In this document: one piece after another, positions 18,450 to 28,368 of the stretch | How the letters are laid out: each line of letters begins with the position of its first letter | How positions within the stretch are numbered: position 1 is the stretch's first letter | Origin: Candidatus Latescibacterota bacterium | Lineage (GTDB): Bacteria; Latescibacterota; UBA2968 | DNA: 64,000 nt | NCBI GenBank assembly: GCA_965207885.1 | Contig: OZ242311.1 | Span: 5,152,001 to 5,216,000 of the forward strand | Direction of reading: 5' to 3' | Translations under genes and position numbers: made by a program | The notes under the pieces: model-generated | What the model was told of the DNA's origin: nothing | The model's database searches: none | What the model saw: the letters and a program-made list of their open reading frames with translations, nothing else

Positions 18450-19442
18450 TCAATTCTTAATCACAAAAATATCATCCGCCACCAGAAAGGGTTCGCCCTG
18501 ACCAATAATCGGCGCCGAGATAACCGTGCGATTGCCAGTATCGATATCCACGCGGTAGATAACGGTGCGATCTGCCACCAGAAGCTCGTCGAGGATATTA
18601 AAAGCGAGGCCAGAGGGAATATCGGGCAACTCACCCTCGCCCGTAAAAGGGCTTGAAATAATAGTGCGATCTCCACTGATAGGATCAATTCGGATAACAG
18701 CGGCCTGGCCGATATCCGTGACAAAAATTGTATTCAGGCTATTTAGAACAATCCCTTCCGGATCCATCAATCGGGGTCCCTCACCCATTTCTGGACCAGA
18801 GACGACCGTGCGGTCACCACTGTTGGGATCAATGCGAAAAATACGTCCCTCACCCCCCTGTGAAACTGAGCCGACTACCAATAGGAGATTGCCATCGGCA
18901 TCCAGGGCAAACTGCTTGATACCACCAGTAAAGGGCGGGCCATCACCTCGACCGGGACCAGAGACAACTGTGCGATCTCCACTATTGGGATCAACGCGAA
19001 AAATAGTAGCAGATGGCTGATCGCCAACTATGAGTTGTCCAGATGATTCTCGCACCAGACCGACCGGTCCCAAAAACGCGGGACCTGAACCGATAATCGG
19101 GACATTGGGATCAACAGGGCTACCGCCTGAAGACACGATAAAAAGATCGCCCGTTCGGACATCGAACCGCAGGACAATGGGCAGACCGCTTCCAGAGAGA
19201 GCCATCAGAAGGTCCCCATTGGCATCCCGGGCGATCTGCCGGGGAACACCGCCGATGCGGTCATTGACAACGGTGCGGTCTCCCGTACTGGGATGGATGC
19301 GAAAAAGCGCGCGCTGGGCGGCATCTGTGAGCAAAATATCGCCCTCGGATAAAACAGGGATATCTTCGGGATCGAGACCCTTATCGGACGAACCACAGGC
19401 GACCGCGAAACAGACCAACCAAACCAGTAAGAATCGATTCAT
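18450..19442 (-). CDS. NHL/SMP-30-like beta-propeller lipoprotein
   Basis: Lipobox FAVAC; about 6 repeats of (I)FR(I/V)DPxSGDRT(V/I)(V/I)S.P..G.G. Confidence 0.7.
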   Translation of the reverse strand: MNRFLLVWLVCFAVACGSSDKGLDPEDIPVLSEGDILLTDAAQRALFRIHPSTGDRTVVNDRIGGVPRQIARDANGDLLMALSGSGLPIVLRFDVRTGDLFIVSSGGSPVDPNVPIIGSGPAFLGPVGLVRESSGQLIVGDQPSATIFRVDPNSGDRTVVSGPGRGDGPPFTGGIKQFALDADGNLLLVVGSVSQGGEGRIFRIDPNSGDRTVVSGPEMGEGPRLMDPEGIVLNSLNTIFVTDIGQAAVIRIDPISGDRTIISSPFTGEGELPDIPSGLAFNILDELLVADRTVIYRVDIDTGNRTVISAPIIGQGEPFLVADDIFVIKN

Positions 19443-19541
19443 AAATGCATTCCCCATCGACAAATAGTGTGACTACCCAATGATACCGCAGTGGGTAGTC
19501 GCTGTCAACATAAGACACAAAGCCTTTCTCAGGAGACGTAT

Positions 19542-21326
19542 GTGATCACTAAAAGCGGTTTATGGCTAATTATTCTGGTCTTCCTGGGATGCGCGTCCAA
19601 ATCCGACGACTGGATACAAATTTTGGAGCATCCCAATGCTGCAGAGCGCGCCCGCGCAGCGATACAGATAGGGGAAATAGGTGACCGACGTGCGGTACCA
19701 GCTCTCATTCAAACTCTGAAAGACCGAGAACCACAGGTAAGATTGGCCGCAAGCGAAGCCCTGGGTAAATTGGGAGATCGGCAAGCAGTGGATTCGCTGA
19801 TTGCGATTGTTCGCGACCCAAATGTCATGGTAGGTCTGGCCGTAGTCGAAGCCCTGGGCAATATCGGAGGCGAAAAGGCTGTAGAAACCTTACTGAGAAT
19901 CGCACAAGAGCGAGAAGGGGCCCTGAGCCTGGGCGCAATTCAAAGTCTGGGTACCGCGAGTGGCGACCGATCCGTAAAGGCACTGACCACCGCGCTGACC
20001 GATAGGGTACGCGATGTGCGGTGGGTCGCCGCACTGACCCTTGCCCGCACAAAAAGTCAACAGGCTCTGGCACCCCTGATTGAGGCACTGCCGCAGGCGG
20101 ACAGAGAACTGCGCCGGGTAATGGTATGGGCACTCAACACCATCGATCCATCGTGGCGTACTTCTGCACCTGCTGAAGAAGCGATCAATCGCCTGATTGA
20201 CGGATTAAAGCTGCCAAACCAATCGCGCTACCAGGTAGTTCAGGTACTATCGGAAATGGATGCCGGGTGGAAAACGCGTGCGGATGCTACCATGGACTTT
20301 TTTGTCGCACAACTGGCGAACGGAGACCTGATCACACGGATGCAGGCTGTCGAAGCCCTGGGGCAGATCGGAGACGCCCGGGTCGTTCCGTCTTTACTCG
20401 GGGCACTAAAAAATCCAAATATCCAGGTGCAGTACATCGCTATAAAAGCCCTGGGCGAACTGCGCGATACGCGAGCCGTTGAACCACTGGTAGAAGCCCT
20501 CGAACATCGTGATCCCGGCATCGTTTCAACCGCTGCACTGGCCCTGGGCGAACTGCGCGATACGCGAGCCGTCGAACCACTCATGACCATCCTGTCCAAT
20601 ACAGAACACGGCGTATTTCGCCTGGGAGCAATACAAACTCTGGGAGTGCTGAAGGACCCCCGTGCAACAGCTTTGCTAACTGAGCAGTTGGACGACACAT
20701 CGGTACAGGTCCGGCGCATTGCGACCGAGGCTTTGGGAGAAATTGGGGACCGCGGTGCCATCGCTCCCCTGTTGAAAACGCTGAACGATCAGTCAGCCGA
20801 AGTGCGCTGGGCAGCGGCCGACGCCCTGGGATCAATCGGCGATGCGTCTGTGGCGGATTCCCTCATCTCAATTATCGGAAAAGGACGAATATGGGCGCGA
20901 CGAATGGTACGAGTGCTGGACCGCCTGGATGCCAACTGGCGGGAACGAGAAGCGACTCTACGAATAGAAACCTATTTTCTGGAACACATCGACCATCCCG
21001 AACCAGAAGTACAATGGCGCTCTGCCGAAGCCCTGGGAGAGATTGCCACACTGAGGGCACGCCATAAACTCCTGCAAGCAATGGAACAGAAACGCACTAT
21101 GATTATAGCAGCCGCGCACGCCTTCTTCATCCGAAACGGGATATCCGAAGCAGAACCCCTGCTCGTCCAGGCCCTGCATCAGTATGGCACCGAGGAAATG
21201 GCTCTAACATATCTAAATGCTGGCCACCCCGTGCTCGCCAGAGCCGCCCACAATTGGGCGCGCAGACAGGGAATGATATTGCTATCTTCTCCCGAACCGG
21301 GTAATATTCGATGGAACAGTGGCTAA
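19542..21326 (+). CDS. HEAT/PBS-lyase repeat lipoprotein
   Basis: RBS AGGAG + GTG; lipobox FLGC; repeated AxEALGxIGDxRAVxPL. Confidence 0.85.
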   Translation: MITKSGLWLIILVFLGCASKSDDWIQILEHPNAAERARAAIQIGEIGDRRAVPALIQTLKDREPQVRLAASEALGKLGDRQAVDSLIAIVRDPNVMVGLAVVEALGNIGGEKAVETLLRIAQEREGALSLGAIQSLGTASGDRSVKALTTALTDRVRDVRWVAALTLARTKSQQALAPLIEALPQADRELRRVMVWALNTIDPSWRTSAPAEEAINRLIDGLKLPNQSRYQVVQVLSEMDAGWKTRADATMDFFVAQLANGDLITRMQAVEALGQIGDARVVPSLLGALKNPNIQVQYIAIKALGELRDTRAVEPLVEALEHRDPGIVSTAALALGELRDTRAVEPLMTILSNTEHGVFRLGAIQTLGVLKDPRATALLTEQLDDTSVQVRRIATEALGEIGDRGAIAPLLKTLNDQSAEVRWAAADALGSIGDASVADSLISIIGKGRIWARRMVRVLDRLDANWREREATLRIETYFLEHIDHPEPEVQWRSAEALGEIATLRARHKLLQAMEQKRTMIIAAAHAFFIRNGISEAEPLLVQALHQYGTEEMALTYLNAGHPVLARAAHNWARRQGMILLSSPEPGNIRWNSG

Positions 21327-21356
21327 AAATCAACTTATCAAATCGAGGAGAGTATA

Positions 21357-22565
21357 ATGGGCAGTATATACGCAATAGCGACAATGGATACCAAAGGTGA
21401 AGAAATCGGGTATGTCGCCGAATGTATTCGAAACGCGGGCGCAGAGGTGACAGTCATAGATGTAGGCACACAGAGCGACGCGCAGGGCGGCGTGCCGGAT
21501 GTATCGCGGGAAACCATAGCCGCCTGTCACGCGGGCGGAACGGACGCCGTAATCGGACATACGGACCGGGGCGACGCCGTAACAGCGATGGGAGAAGCAC
21601 TGTGCGCCTACTTGCTGCAAGAATACGCCAAAGGCGATGTGGCGGGTATTATTGGAATTGGAGGCAGCGGAGGCACAGCACTCATCACGCCGGCAATGCA
21701 AGCATTGCCCATTGGCGTACCCAAAGTCATGGTATCCACCGTCGCCAGTGGCAACACCGAGCCTTATGTAGGGTGCTGTGATATAGCAATGATGTACTCC
21801 GTGGTAGATGTAGCCGGAATCAACCGCGTATCGCGGCAAGTACTGGGCAATGCAGCGCATGCAATAGCGGGAATGGTCGTAAACACCGTTGCAGAGGCCG
21901 AAGACAAACCCACGCTTGGAATGACCATGTTTGGCGTAACAACGCCGTGTGTAACCATGGTCCGCGAGGCACTGGAAAAAGACGGATATGACTGCCTGGT
22001 ATTTCACGCCACAGGAACGGGTGGACAGGCAATGGAAAAACTGGTCGAAAGTGGAATGATAGACGGCGTTCTGGATATTACCACAACCGAAGTAGCCGAC
22101 GAAGTAGTAGGCGGCGTATTTCCCGCCGGACCTGAGCGAATGGATTGCATTCTCGCGCGTGAAATACCTTATATCGTAAGCCTTGGCGCGCTCGACATGG
22201 TAAATTTTGGCGCGGTGGAAACCGTCCCCGAACAATTTAAAAACCGCACACTCCACGTACACAACGCACAGGTCACATTGATGCGGACGACAGCGGACGA
22301 AAACCGCCAATTTGCCGAATGGATAGCGAACAAATTGAACCGATCAACGGTGCCGATTCAAATACTAATTCCGGAAAACGGCGTATCGTTAATCGATGAT
22401 GAAGGACAACCCTTTCACGACCCAGATGCAGATCAGGCATTATTTGAAACCCTGGAAGCACAAATCGAACAAACGGAAAATCGCCAGATCAAGCGGCTGG
22501 CGAACAATATCAACGACCCGGAATTTGCAGCAGCACTGGTGGCGAGTTTCCAGGAAATACGATAA
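21357..22565 (+). CDS. UPF0261 / Tm-1-like ATP-binding protein
   Basis: [43 protein letters not shown] motifs. Confidence 0.9.
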   Translation: MGSIYAIATMDTKGEEIGYVAECIRNAGAEVTVIDVGTQSDAQGGVPDVSRETIAACHAGGTDAVIGHTDRGDAVTAMGEALCAYLLQEYAKGDVAGIIGIGGSGGTALITPAMQALPIGVPKVMVSTVASGNTEPYVGCCDIAMMYSVVDVAGINRVSRQVLGNAAHAIAGMVVNTVAEAEDKPTLGMTMFGVTTPCVTMVREALEKDGYDCLVFHATGTGGQAMEKLVESGMIDGVLDITTTEVADEVVGGVFPAGPERMDCILAREIPYIVSLGALDMVNFGAVETVPEQFKNRTLHVHNAQVTLMRTTADENRQFAEWIANKLNRSTVPIQILIPENGVSLIDDEGQPFHDPDADQALFETLEAQIEQTENRQIKRLANNINDPEFAAALVASFQEIR

Positions 22566-22582
22566 ACCACAAGGAGACAACA

Positions 22583-23413
22583 ATGGCAGCAGAGAGCCGA
22601 ACATCAATATTAGAACGTCTGCGAAAAAAAATCGCAGACGGACTGCCGATCATCGGCGGTGGTGCTGGCACGGGAATCTCGGCAAAATGCGAAGAAGCGG
22701 GCGGCATTGATCTCATCGTAATTTACAACTCGGGACGCTATCGCATGGCGGGGCGGGGATCGCTCTCGGGCGTCCTGGCCTATGGCAATGCCAACGAAAT
22801 AGTAAAAGAAATGGCTTATGAAGTCATCACAGCAGTAGAACACACACCCGTACTCGCCGGGGTGAATGGAACAGACCCATTCATGTTGCGGGATCACTTC
22901 TTGCGAGAATTGAGAGACCTCGGCTTCGCGGGAATCCAAAATTTTCCAACCGTGGGACTCATTGACGGATTATTTCGCGCCAATCTGGAAGAGACGGGAA
23001 TGGGCTATCACCTCGAAGTGGAAATGATTGCAGCAGCCCATGAAATGGACATTCTGACAACGCCCTATGCGTTCAATGTCGAAGAAGGACAACTCATGAC
23101 AGAAGCAGGTGCCGATATTGTAGTGGCACACATGGGATTGACAACCAAGGGCACAATTGGCGCGCACACGGCAAAAACGCTCGATGACTGCGTGGAAGAA
23201 GTAAAGGCGATTTGCAACGCCTGCAAGTCCATCCGGGACGATGTGATCACACTTTGCCACGGCGGACCGATTGCCGAACCAGAAGACGCCTCTTATATCC
23301 TCGAACGGGTTCCAGAAGTCGATGGCTTTTACGGCGCCAGCTCAATGGAACGCCTGCCGACGGAAGTGGCTATGACGGCTCAGGTCAAACGCTTTACCGA
23401 AATCCGGAGATAA
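22583..23413 (+). CDS. PEP-hydrolase-like TIM-barrel protein (TIM-barrel signal transduction partner of UPF0261)
   Basis: [51 protein letters not shown]. Confidence 0.9.
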   Translation: MAAESRTSILERLRKKIADGLPIIGGGAGTGISAKCEEAGGIDLIVIYNSGRYRMAGRGSLSGVLAYGNANEIVKEMAYEVITAVEHTPVLAGVNGTDPFMLRDHFLRELRDLGFAGIQNFPTVGLIDGLFRANLEETGMGYHLEVEMIAAAHEMDILTTPYAFNVEEGQLMTEAGADIVVAHMGLTTKGTIGAHTAKTLDDCVEEVKAICNACKSIRDDVITLCHGGPIAEPEDASYILERVPEVDGFYGASSMERLPTEVAMTAQVKRFTEIRR

Positions 23414-23417
23414 AAAA

Positions 23418-23538
23418 CGAATAGACGAATAGACGAGAAAAGCGCGAATAGACGAATCCCACCCAACCACCCCAAATCACTACGAGCTTCGATTCGCTGA
23501 TTCGCTGATTCGCTGATTCGCTGATTCGTTGATTCGCA
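23418..23538. repeat. Two opposed short tandem octamer arrays
   Basis: ACGAATAG-type units at 23418-23457; GATTCGCT x4 plus GATTCGTT and GATTCGCA at 23491-23538. Confidence 0.9.
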
Positions 23539-23548
23539 GGTATAACGC

Positions 23549-24580
23549 ATGATGTCTCTACCGCTAAGCGAGGAAATACAAAAATACACAGTCCCATGGC
23601 TGCAACTGGATTGGCCGATAGACTGGCCGCAAATTTTTGATCGGCCGGGCGACCTCGTCCTCGAAATCGGATTTGGCAATGGACATTTTCTATCCGATAT
23701 GGCAACAGCGCGTCCCGATGCGTGTTTTGTCGGAATCGAACGCGCCTGGGGATCCATGCGCCGATTGTTCAGGCGATTAAACGCCCTGAAATTAAATCAT
23801 GTGCGCGCAATAGAGGGCGACGCCGCATTTTTATTACAACATGTATTTGCCCCGCAATCTCTATCGGAAATATGGATCAATTTTTCAGATCCCTGGCCCA
23901 AAGAACGACACCACAATCGGCGTCTAATTCAAGATGCATTTATAAAAATACTGGCCGAACGATTAAAACCGGGCGGCGAAGTAACCATAGCGACAGATCA
24001 CGCGGATTACGCAACGTGGATCACCGATATATTGACGCGACAATCGGACCTGCAATCCATTTACGCAACCCCATCTGTTCACCAGTTACCCGGACGCACC
24101 CCAACCAAATACGAACAAAAAGCAATAGATGCAGGTGTACCCATTCACTATTTTGTCTGGCGTCGGAAATCGGAACTATCAGTCGAAACGCACATTCAAA
24201 AGGTCGGGAAAATGCCAAATATCGTTTTAGAAGGCGCATACCAACGCGAAGAAATACTGACACTTATCGGACAGGCCACAGATCAAGTGTGGCGCGAAAC
24301 TCATCGTAATACACAGATCGTAATCAAAATGACAGACATCTACTGCCAATTGCCCGACAATCACGGCCTCATCTCAGTCATGGTACGTGAAGGAGAACTC
24401 GCCCAGTACTTCGGCATATCCCTCTTGTTTCGCAAAAACGATCAGCTATTGGTCAAACTGGCGCCAATGGGTCAGCCGCGCCCCACCTGGGGCGTAAAAA
24501 AAGCGGTGCAAAAAGTGGCAGATTTGATTTTGGAAACACATCCCCATTTGTGGCTCGCATCGAGCACAGTGGGTCTGTGA
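23549..24580 (+). CDS. trmB: tRNA (guanine-N7)-methyltransferase with C-terminal extension
   Basis: LEIGFGNG, NFSDPWPKERHHNRRL, ATDHADY, TKYEQK motifs. Confidence 0.9.
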   Translation: MMSLPLSEEIQKYTVPWLQLDWPIDWPQIFDRPGDLVLEIGFGNGHFLSDMATARPDACFVGIERAWGSMRRLFRRLNALKLNHVRAIEGDAAFLLQHVFAPQSLSEIWINFSDPWPKERHHNRRLIQDAFIKILAERLKPGGEVTIATDHADYATWITDILTRQSDLQSIYATPSVHQLPGRTPTKYEQKAIDAGVPIHYFVWRRKSELSVETHIQKVGKMPNIVLEGAYQREEILTLIGQATDQVWRETHRNTQIVIKMTDIYCQLPDNHGLISVMVREGELAQYFGISLLFRKNDQLLVKLAPMGQPRPTWGVKKAVQKVADLILETHPHLWLASSTVGL

Positions 24581-24646
24581 GGAGAATGGTAGCGCAACAG
24601 AAACATCGATACTTTTCGCACGGCGTGATGGTCTGATATTGGAAGA

Positions 24647-26485
24647 CTAAAAAACCAGAACCGCTTCGCGAAATTGCCCGAGTGAACGCCCATCATAGGT
24701 CACTTCTATCGGAATGATCAGACGTTGGGACCGGGCGTGATTTCCCTCCGGAATGGGTATGGTGAAATTGATATGCCCCTCTTGTTTGGCGGGAATTGTT
24801 ATCTCTTGTTGCGGCAGGCGGATATCCCACGATTCCGGCAGGACGAGACAACAACCCGCTCGCCGCGCCTCTTCGGAGTGGTTGGTGAAATAGATGTGCA
24901 AATTGACAGAGTGCTTTGACCCGACTTCCTGCTCGTAGGGATCAGCCCGAATCCAATGTTCGTCGAGTCCGTAATTCGCGTGGTCCCAGGCGCACAAATC
25001 GGTGTAGAGTGTTTCCCGTTCGGCGAGATTTTCCCGCATCAGTCGAATCTCTTCAGGGATAAAATCGAAGGCACAGTTAACGTGGCAGTTAAAGATATGA
25101 GTCGGTTTCAACTCTTCAATGAGAGCGAGACATCGGTCATAGCCAACGGCGCTGCCGAGCAGGTTGCGATTCCCAGTGCAGTAGTCATCAATTCCCGCCA
25201 TTGTAAACGAATCTCCTGCGAAGAACAAGCGCACCCCGTTCCCTTCGACCAGTAATCCGCCGTGATAATACGTCTGACCGGGGAAGTGGTAGGCGGTCAT
25301 CTGGAACTCGTTCCATTGCCACGATTCGCCATCACGCGTCCGCTGGTGAATGCGTGCAACAGAAGGGGAAATACACGGAATGCGGAATCGCTGCGGTTTT
25401 TCAATGACCTGGGCAACGACGCGGTCTGTCAGTGTCTTACACGGATAAACCGCTTGAAATTGGGGGACAGCATCTACATGGTCGTCGTGGTAATGTGTAA
25501 GCCAAAATTGTGTCACATCTGAGATTTCACCATCAGCTTGAAGTTGCTGAATCTGTTGCAGGATACGGGTACTGCCGCAATCCATTACGAACGCTTCCTT
25601 CGTCTCTGAGATAATGAGCCATGTTGTCCCGTAATGGCGCAGGAATGCTGGCACCTCCTTTCCCTCGCGGATGGACATGTGTCCTTCTCGCCCCTCAAAT
25701 TCGGTGAACAGGTTGGGAAAATAATGCCGCAGAGCAGAGATGGCGACGTACTTATCGTAGCACGTATCCATGCGTTCGAGCAGTGTGTCAATCGCATCTG
25801 CTGGCCGGGGCATCACTTTTCCGTGCGCAGGGATAAGCGCATTTGCCTCCACCTGACGCAACTTCTGGAGGCTTGACGCCAACGCCTTTCTCGCACCGAA
25901 GAAGCCGTGATAATCCCGCGTCTGTTCCCCCTTTTGGAGGCTATACACATCCCAAATCTGCCCTTTGTCGTAGATGGTATCACCACAGAACGCAAAGCGT
26001 TTGCCATCAACCGAAACGATATAAGAGACACTCCCGTCCGTATGTCCGGGCGTATTGAGGACTGTAATTTGGGCATTCCCCCACTGAATCAAATCATTTT
26101 CAGCGTAGGTGTCGGTCACGGCGAGCGATTCTGTAAGCATCAGATTGTGCGGACGATAGTCGTAAAGATGCCACCGGTTTTTCGGCTCATTCCAGAACGT
26201 CTCGACCGAGTCGAACCACGGGCGTTCTCCTGCGGGAACACCGACGCGCGTCTCCGGCGAAAGGCGTGTTCTCAGATGTCGAAAACCGGAGGCTCCATCG
26301 CGGTGATGATGCGTGAAAAGGACGGTATCGAGAGTCGTTATCCCGAGCGCATTGAGCGTTTCTTTGACATCGCCGTTGCCGCAATCAATTAAGAGGGCAC
26401 GCTCGCCGTCGCACAAAATACCAACGTTGATACAATCGCAGTGAACGAACAGGTGCTCCGTGAGTTGAAAGTATTGAAGGGGCAT
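24647..26485 (-). CDS. Tandem MBL-fold metallo-hydrolase
   Basis: THHHRDG...TPGHT...FCGD in domain 1; THYHDDH...PGQT...FAGDS in domain 2; RBS GAGGAG before MPLQ. Confidence 0.8.
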   Translation of the reverse strand: MPLQYFQLTEHLFVHCDCINVGILCDGERALLIDCGNGDVKETLNALGITTLDTVLFTHHHRDGASGFRHLRTRLSPETRVGVPAGERPWFDSVETFWNEPKNRWHLYDYRPHNLMLTESLAVTDTYAENDLIQWGNAQITVLNTPGHTDGSVSYIVSVDGKRFAFCGDTIYDKGQIWDVYSLQKGEQTRDYHGFFGARKALASSLQKLRQVEANALIPAHGKVMPRPADAIDTLLERMDTCYDKYVAISALRHYFPNLFTEFEGREGHMSIREGKEVPAFLRHYGTTWLIISETKEAFVMDCGSTRILQQIQQLQADGEISDVTQFWLTHYHDDHVDAVPQFQAVYPCKTLTDRVVAQVIEKPQRFRIPCISPSVARIHQRTRDGESWQWNEFQMTAYHFPGQTYYHGGLLVEGNGVRLFFAGDSFTMAGIDDYCTGNRNLLGSAVGYDRCLALIEELKPTHIFNCHVNCAFDFIPEEIRLMRENLAERETLYTDLCAWDHANYGLDEHWIRADPYEQEVGSKHSVNLHIYFTNHSEEARRAGCCLVLPESWDIRLPQQEITIPAKQEGHINFTIPIPEGNHARSQRLIIPIEVTYDGRSLGQFREAVLVF

Positions 26486-26632
26486 GTGGTCTCCTCGTGT
26501 TTGACTTGTAGATCTGTAAATGCTTTCTTCACGCATTTGACGTATCAATTGGACCTGATTCAAGAATAAGCGAATACTGTCGCAAGGTGCTAATCGCGTC
26601 GAGTACAGTCAACAATTGGAGATAATAGTAAC

Positions 26633-27598
26633 ATGACAGAAACGCAAGCGGCAACATCAAAACTGAGGCTCGGCGTAAGCGCGTGTTTGCTCGGCGAAGA
26701 AGTGCGGTATAATGGCGGGCACAAACACATGCCATTTTTGACAACCGTATTGGGCAATTACGTCGAATGGGTACCAGTATGTCCAGAAGTAGAAATGGGA
26801 ATGGGCGTTCCGCGCGAGACCATCCGGCTCGAAGGCGACGCGGAAACACCGCGACTCATTGCACCAAAATCGGGCACAGATCACACCCCTGGCATGCAGA
26901 CCTGGGCAGAAAAACGGCTCAACGAACTAACAGACCTGAACTTACATGGGTATATACTGAAAAAAGATTCACCGAGTTGTGGATTATTTCGCGTACGGGT
27001 ATTTAATACAAAAACGCAGATCCCCACGCGCGATGGGCGCGGGCTATTTGCAAAAGCATTGACAGCGCGATTCCCTTTATTGCCCATCGAAGAAGAAGGT
27101 CGGCTAAATGATCTGCCCTTGCGGGAAAATTTTATCGAACGCGTATTCATTTATTACCGATGGCAGCAAATGTTGACCCATAATCCAGCACCCGGTAGCC
27201 TGGTAAAATTTCACACCGGAATCAAAATGAGTCTTCTATCGCACAGCCCAAAACACTACAGCGAGTTGGGCCAACTGGTCGCCCAGTCTTCTCGCGAAGA
27301 TATAGCGCTTCAATACGGCAAATTACTGATGGAAGGCCTGAAAGTAATGAGCACACCGGGCAAACACGTAAACGTATTGATGCACTTGATGGGATTTATA
27401 AAAAACGAACTGACCACCGCGGACAAAAAAGAACTGCTCGACGTATTTGAATCCTATCGCCAACGACTGCTGCCTCTCATCGTGCCAATCACATTATTAA
27501 AACACCATCTCAACCGCAACCGCGTACCAGACTGGGTACACGAGCAAACCTACTTAAACCCATACCCCATGGAATTGATGTTGAGAAATCACGTGTGA
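26633..27598 (+). CDS. DUF523 + DUF1722 (YbgA / thiouracil desulfurase-like) protein
   Basis: GVSACLLG..VRYNGGH, VCPEVE, KKDSPSCG; C-terminal QTYLNPYP.ELMLRNHV. Confidence 0.88.
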   Translation: MTETQAATSKLRLGVSACLLGEEVRYNGGHKHMPFLTTVLGNYVEWVPVCPEVEMGMGVPRETIRLEGDAETPRLIAPKSGTDHTPGMQTWAEKRLNELTDLNLHGYILKKDSPSCGLFRVRVFNTKTQIPTRDGRGLFAKALTARFPLLPIEEEGRLNDLPLRENFIERVFIYYRWQQMLTHNPAPGSLVKFHTGIKMSLLSHSPKHYSELGQLVAQSSREDIALQYGKLLMEGLKVMSTPGKHVNVLMHLMGFIKNELTTADKKELLDVFESYRQRLLPLIVPITLLKHHLNRNRVPDWVHEQTYLNPYPMELMLRNHV

Positions 27599-27609
27599 AT
27601 GGAGACGTT

Positions 27610-28368
27610 ATGTTTGAGGTGGCAGGTGTTTCGAAAACATTTGGCGATTTGCAGGCGTTGCGCGAAGTTGACCTGAGCGTGCATCCTGAGCAGACGACGG
27701 TGTTAATTGGGCCGAGTGGATGTGGCAAATCAACCTTAATTCGATTAATGGTGGGACTGATCTGGCCCGACGAGGGCACGGTGACTTATGAAGGACAAGT
27801 TCTGACGCCAGCAAATGTGTTGTCACTGCGGCAAAAGATGGGTTATGTGATACAAGAGGGGGGCTTGTTTCCGCATTTAACAGCGCACAAAAATGTAGCG
27901 TTGATGGCAAATTATCTGGGTTGGGCGGAGCATCGGATCGATTCTCGGATCGAGACATTGGCAACTTTAACACATTTCCCAGCAGATGGATTGGACCGAT
28001 TTCCAGGAGAATTGTCAGGTGGTCAGCGGCAGCGCGTGGGATTGATGCGTGCATTGATGCTGGATCCCGACGTATTGCTATTAGACGAACCACTCGGTGC
28101 CCTGGACCCGATGATTCGGGCGGATTTGCAATCGGATTTGCGTTCGATTTTTCAGACATTGGGCAAGACAGTCGTGATGGTGACACACGACATGGGTGAA
28201 GCGGGATTTTTCGGGGATCAAATTGTGTTGATGCGGGAAGGGGAGATCGTCCAGATCGGAAGCTTGAAAAATTTGATGCAGAATCCGGCGCATGAATTTG
28301 TGACGCAGTTTATTCATGCGCAGAGAAGTCCGTTGGAAAGTATGGCGCCTGGAGAGATAGCGAAATGA
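27610..28368 (+). CDS. Osmoprotectant ABC transporter ATP-binding protein
   Basis: GPSGCGKS, GYVIQEGGLFPH, LSGGQRQR, LDEPLGALDP; RBS GGAG at 27601. Confidence 0.9.
   Translation: MFEVAGVSKTFGDLQALREVDLSVHPEQTTVLIGPSGCGKSTLIRLMVGLIWPDEGTVTYEGQVLTPANVLSLRQKMGYVIQEGGLFPHLTAHKNVALMANYLGWAEHRIDSRIETLATLTHFPADGLDRFPGELSGGQRQRVGLMRALMLDPDVLLLDEPLGALDPMIRADLQSDLRSIFQTLGKTVVMVTHDMGEAGFFGDQIVLMREGEIVQIGSLKNLMQNPAHEFVTQFIHAQRSPLESMAPGEIAK

Noticed and set aside
23491-23538. Possible CRISPR array
   Set aside because: 8-bp units with no spacers and no cas genes in the window.
23380-23757. Minus-strand ORFs containing ESANQRISESANQRI
   Set aside because: The peptide periodicity is simply translation of the GATTCGCT octamer array, and the ORFs overlap trmB antisense.
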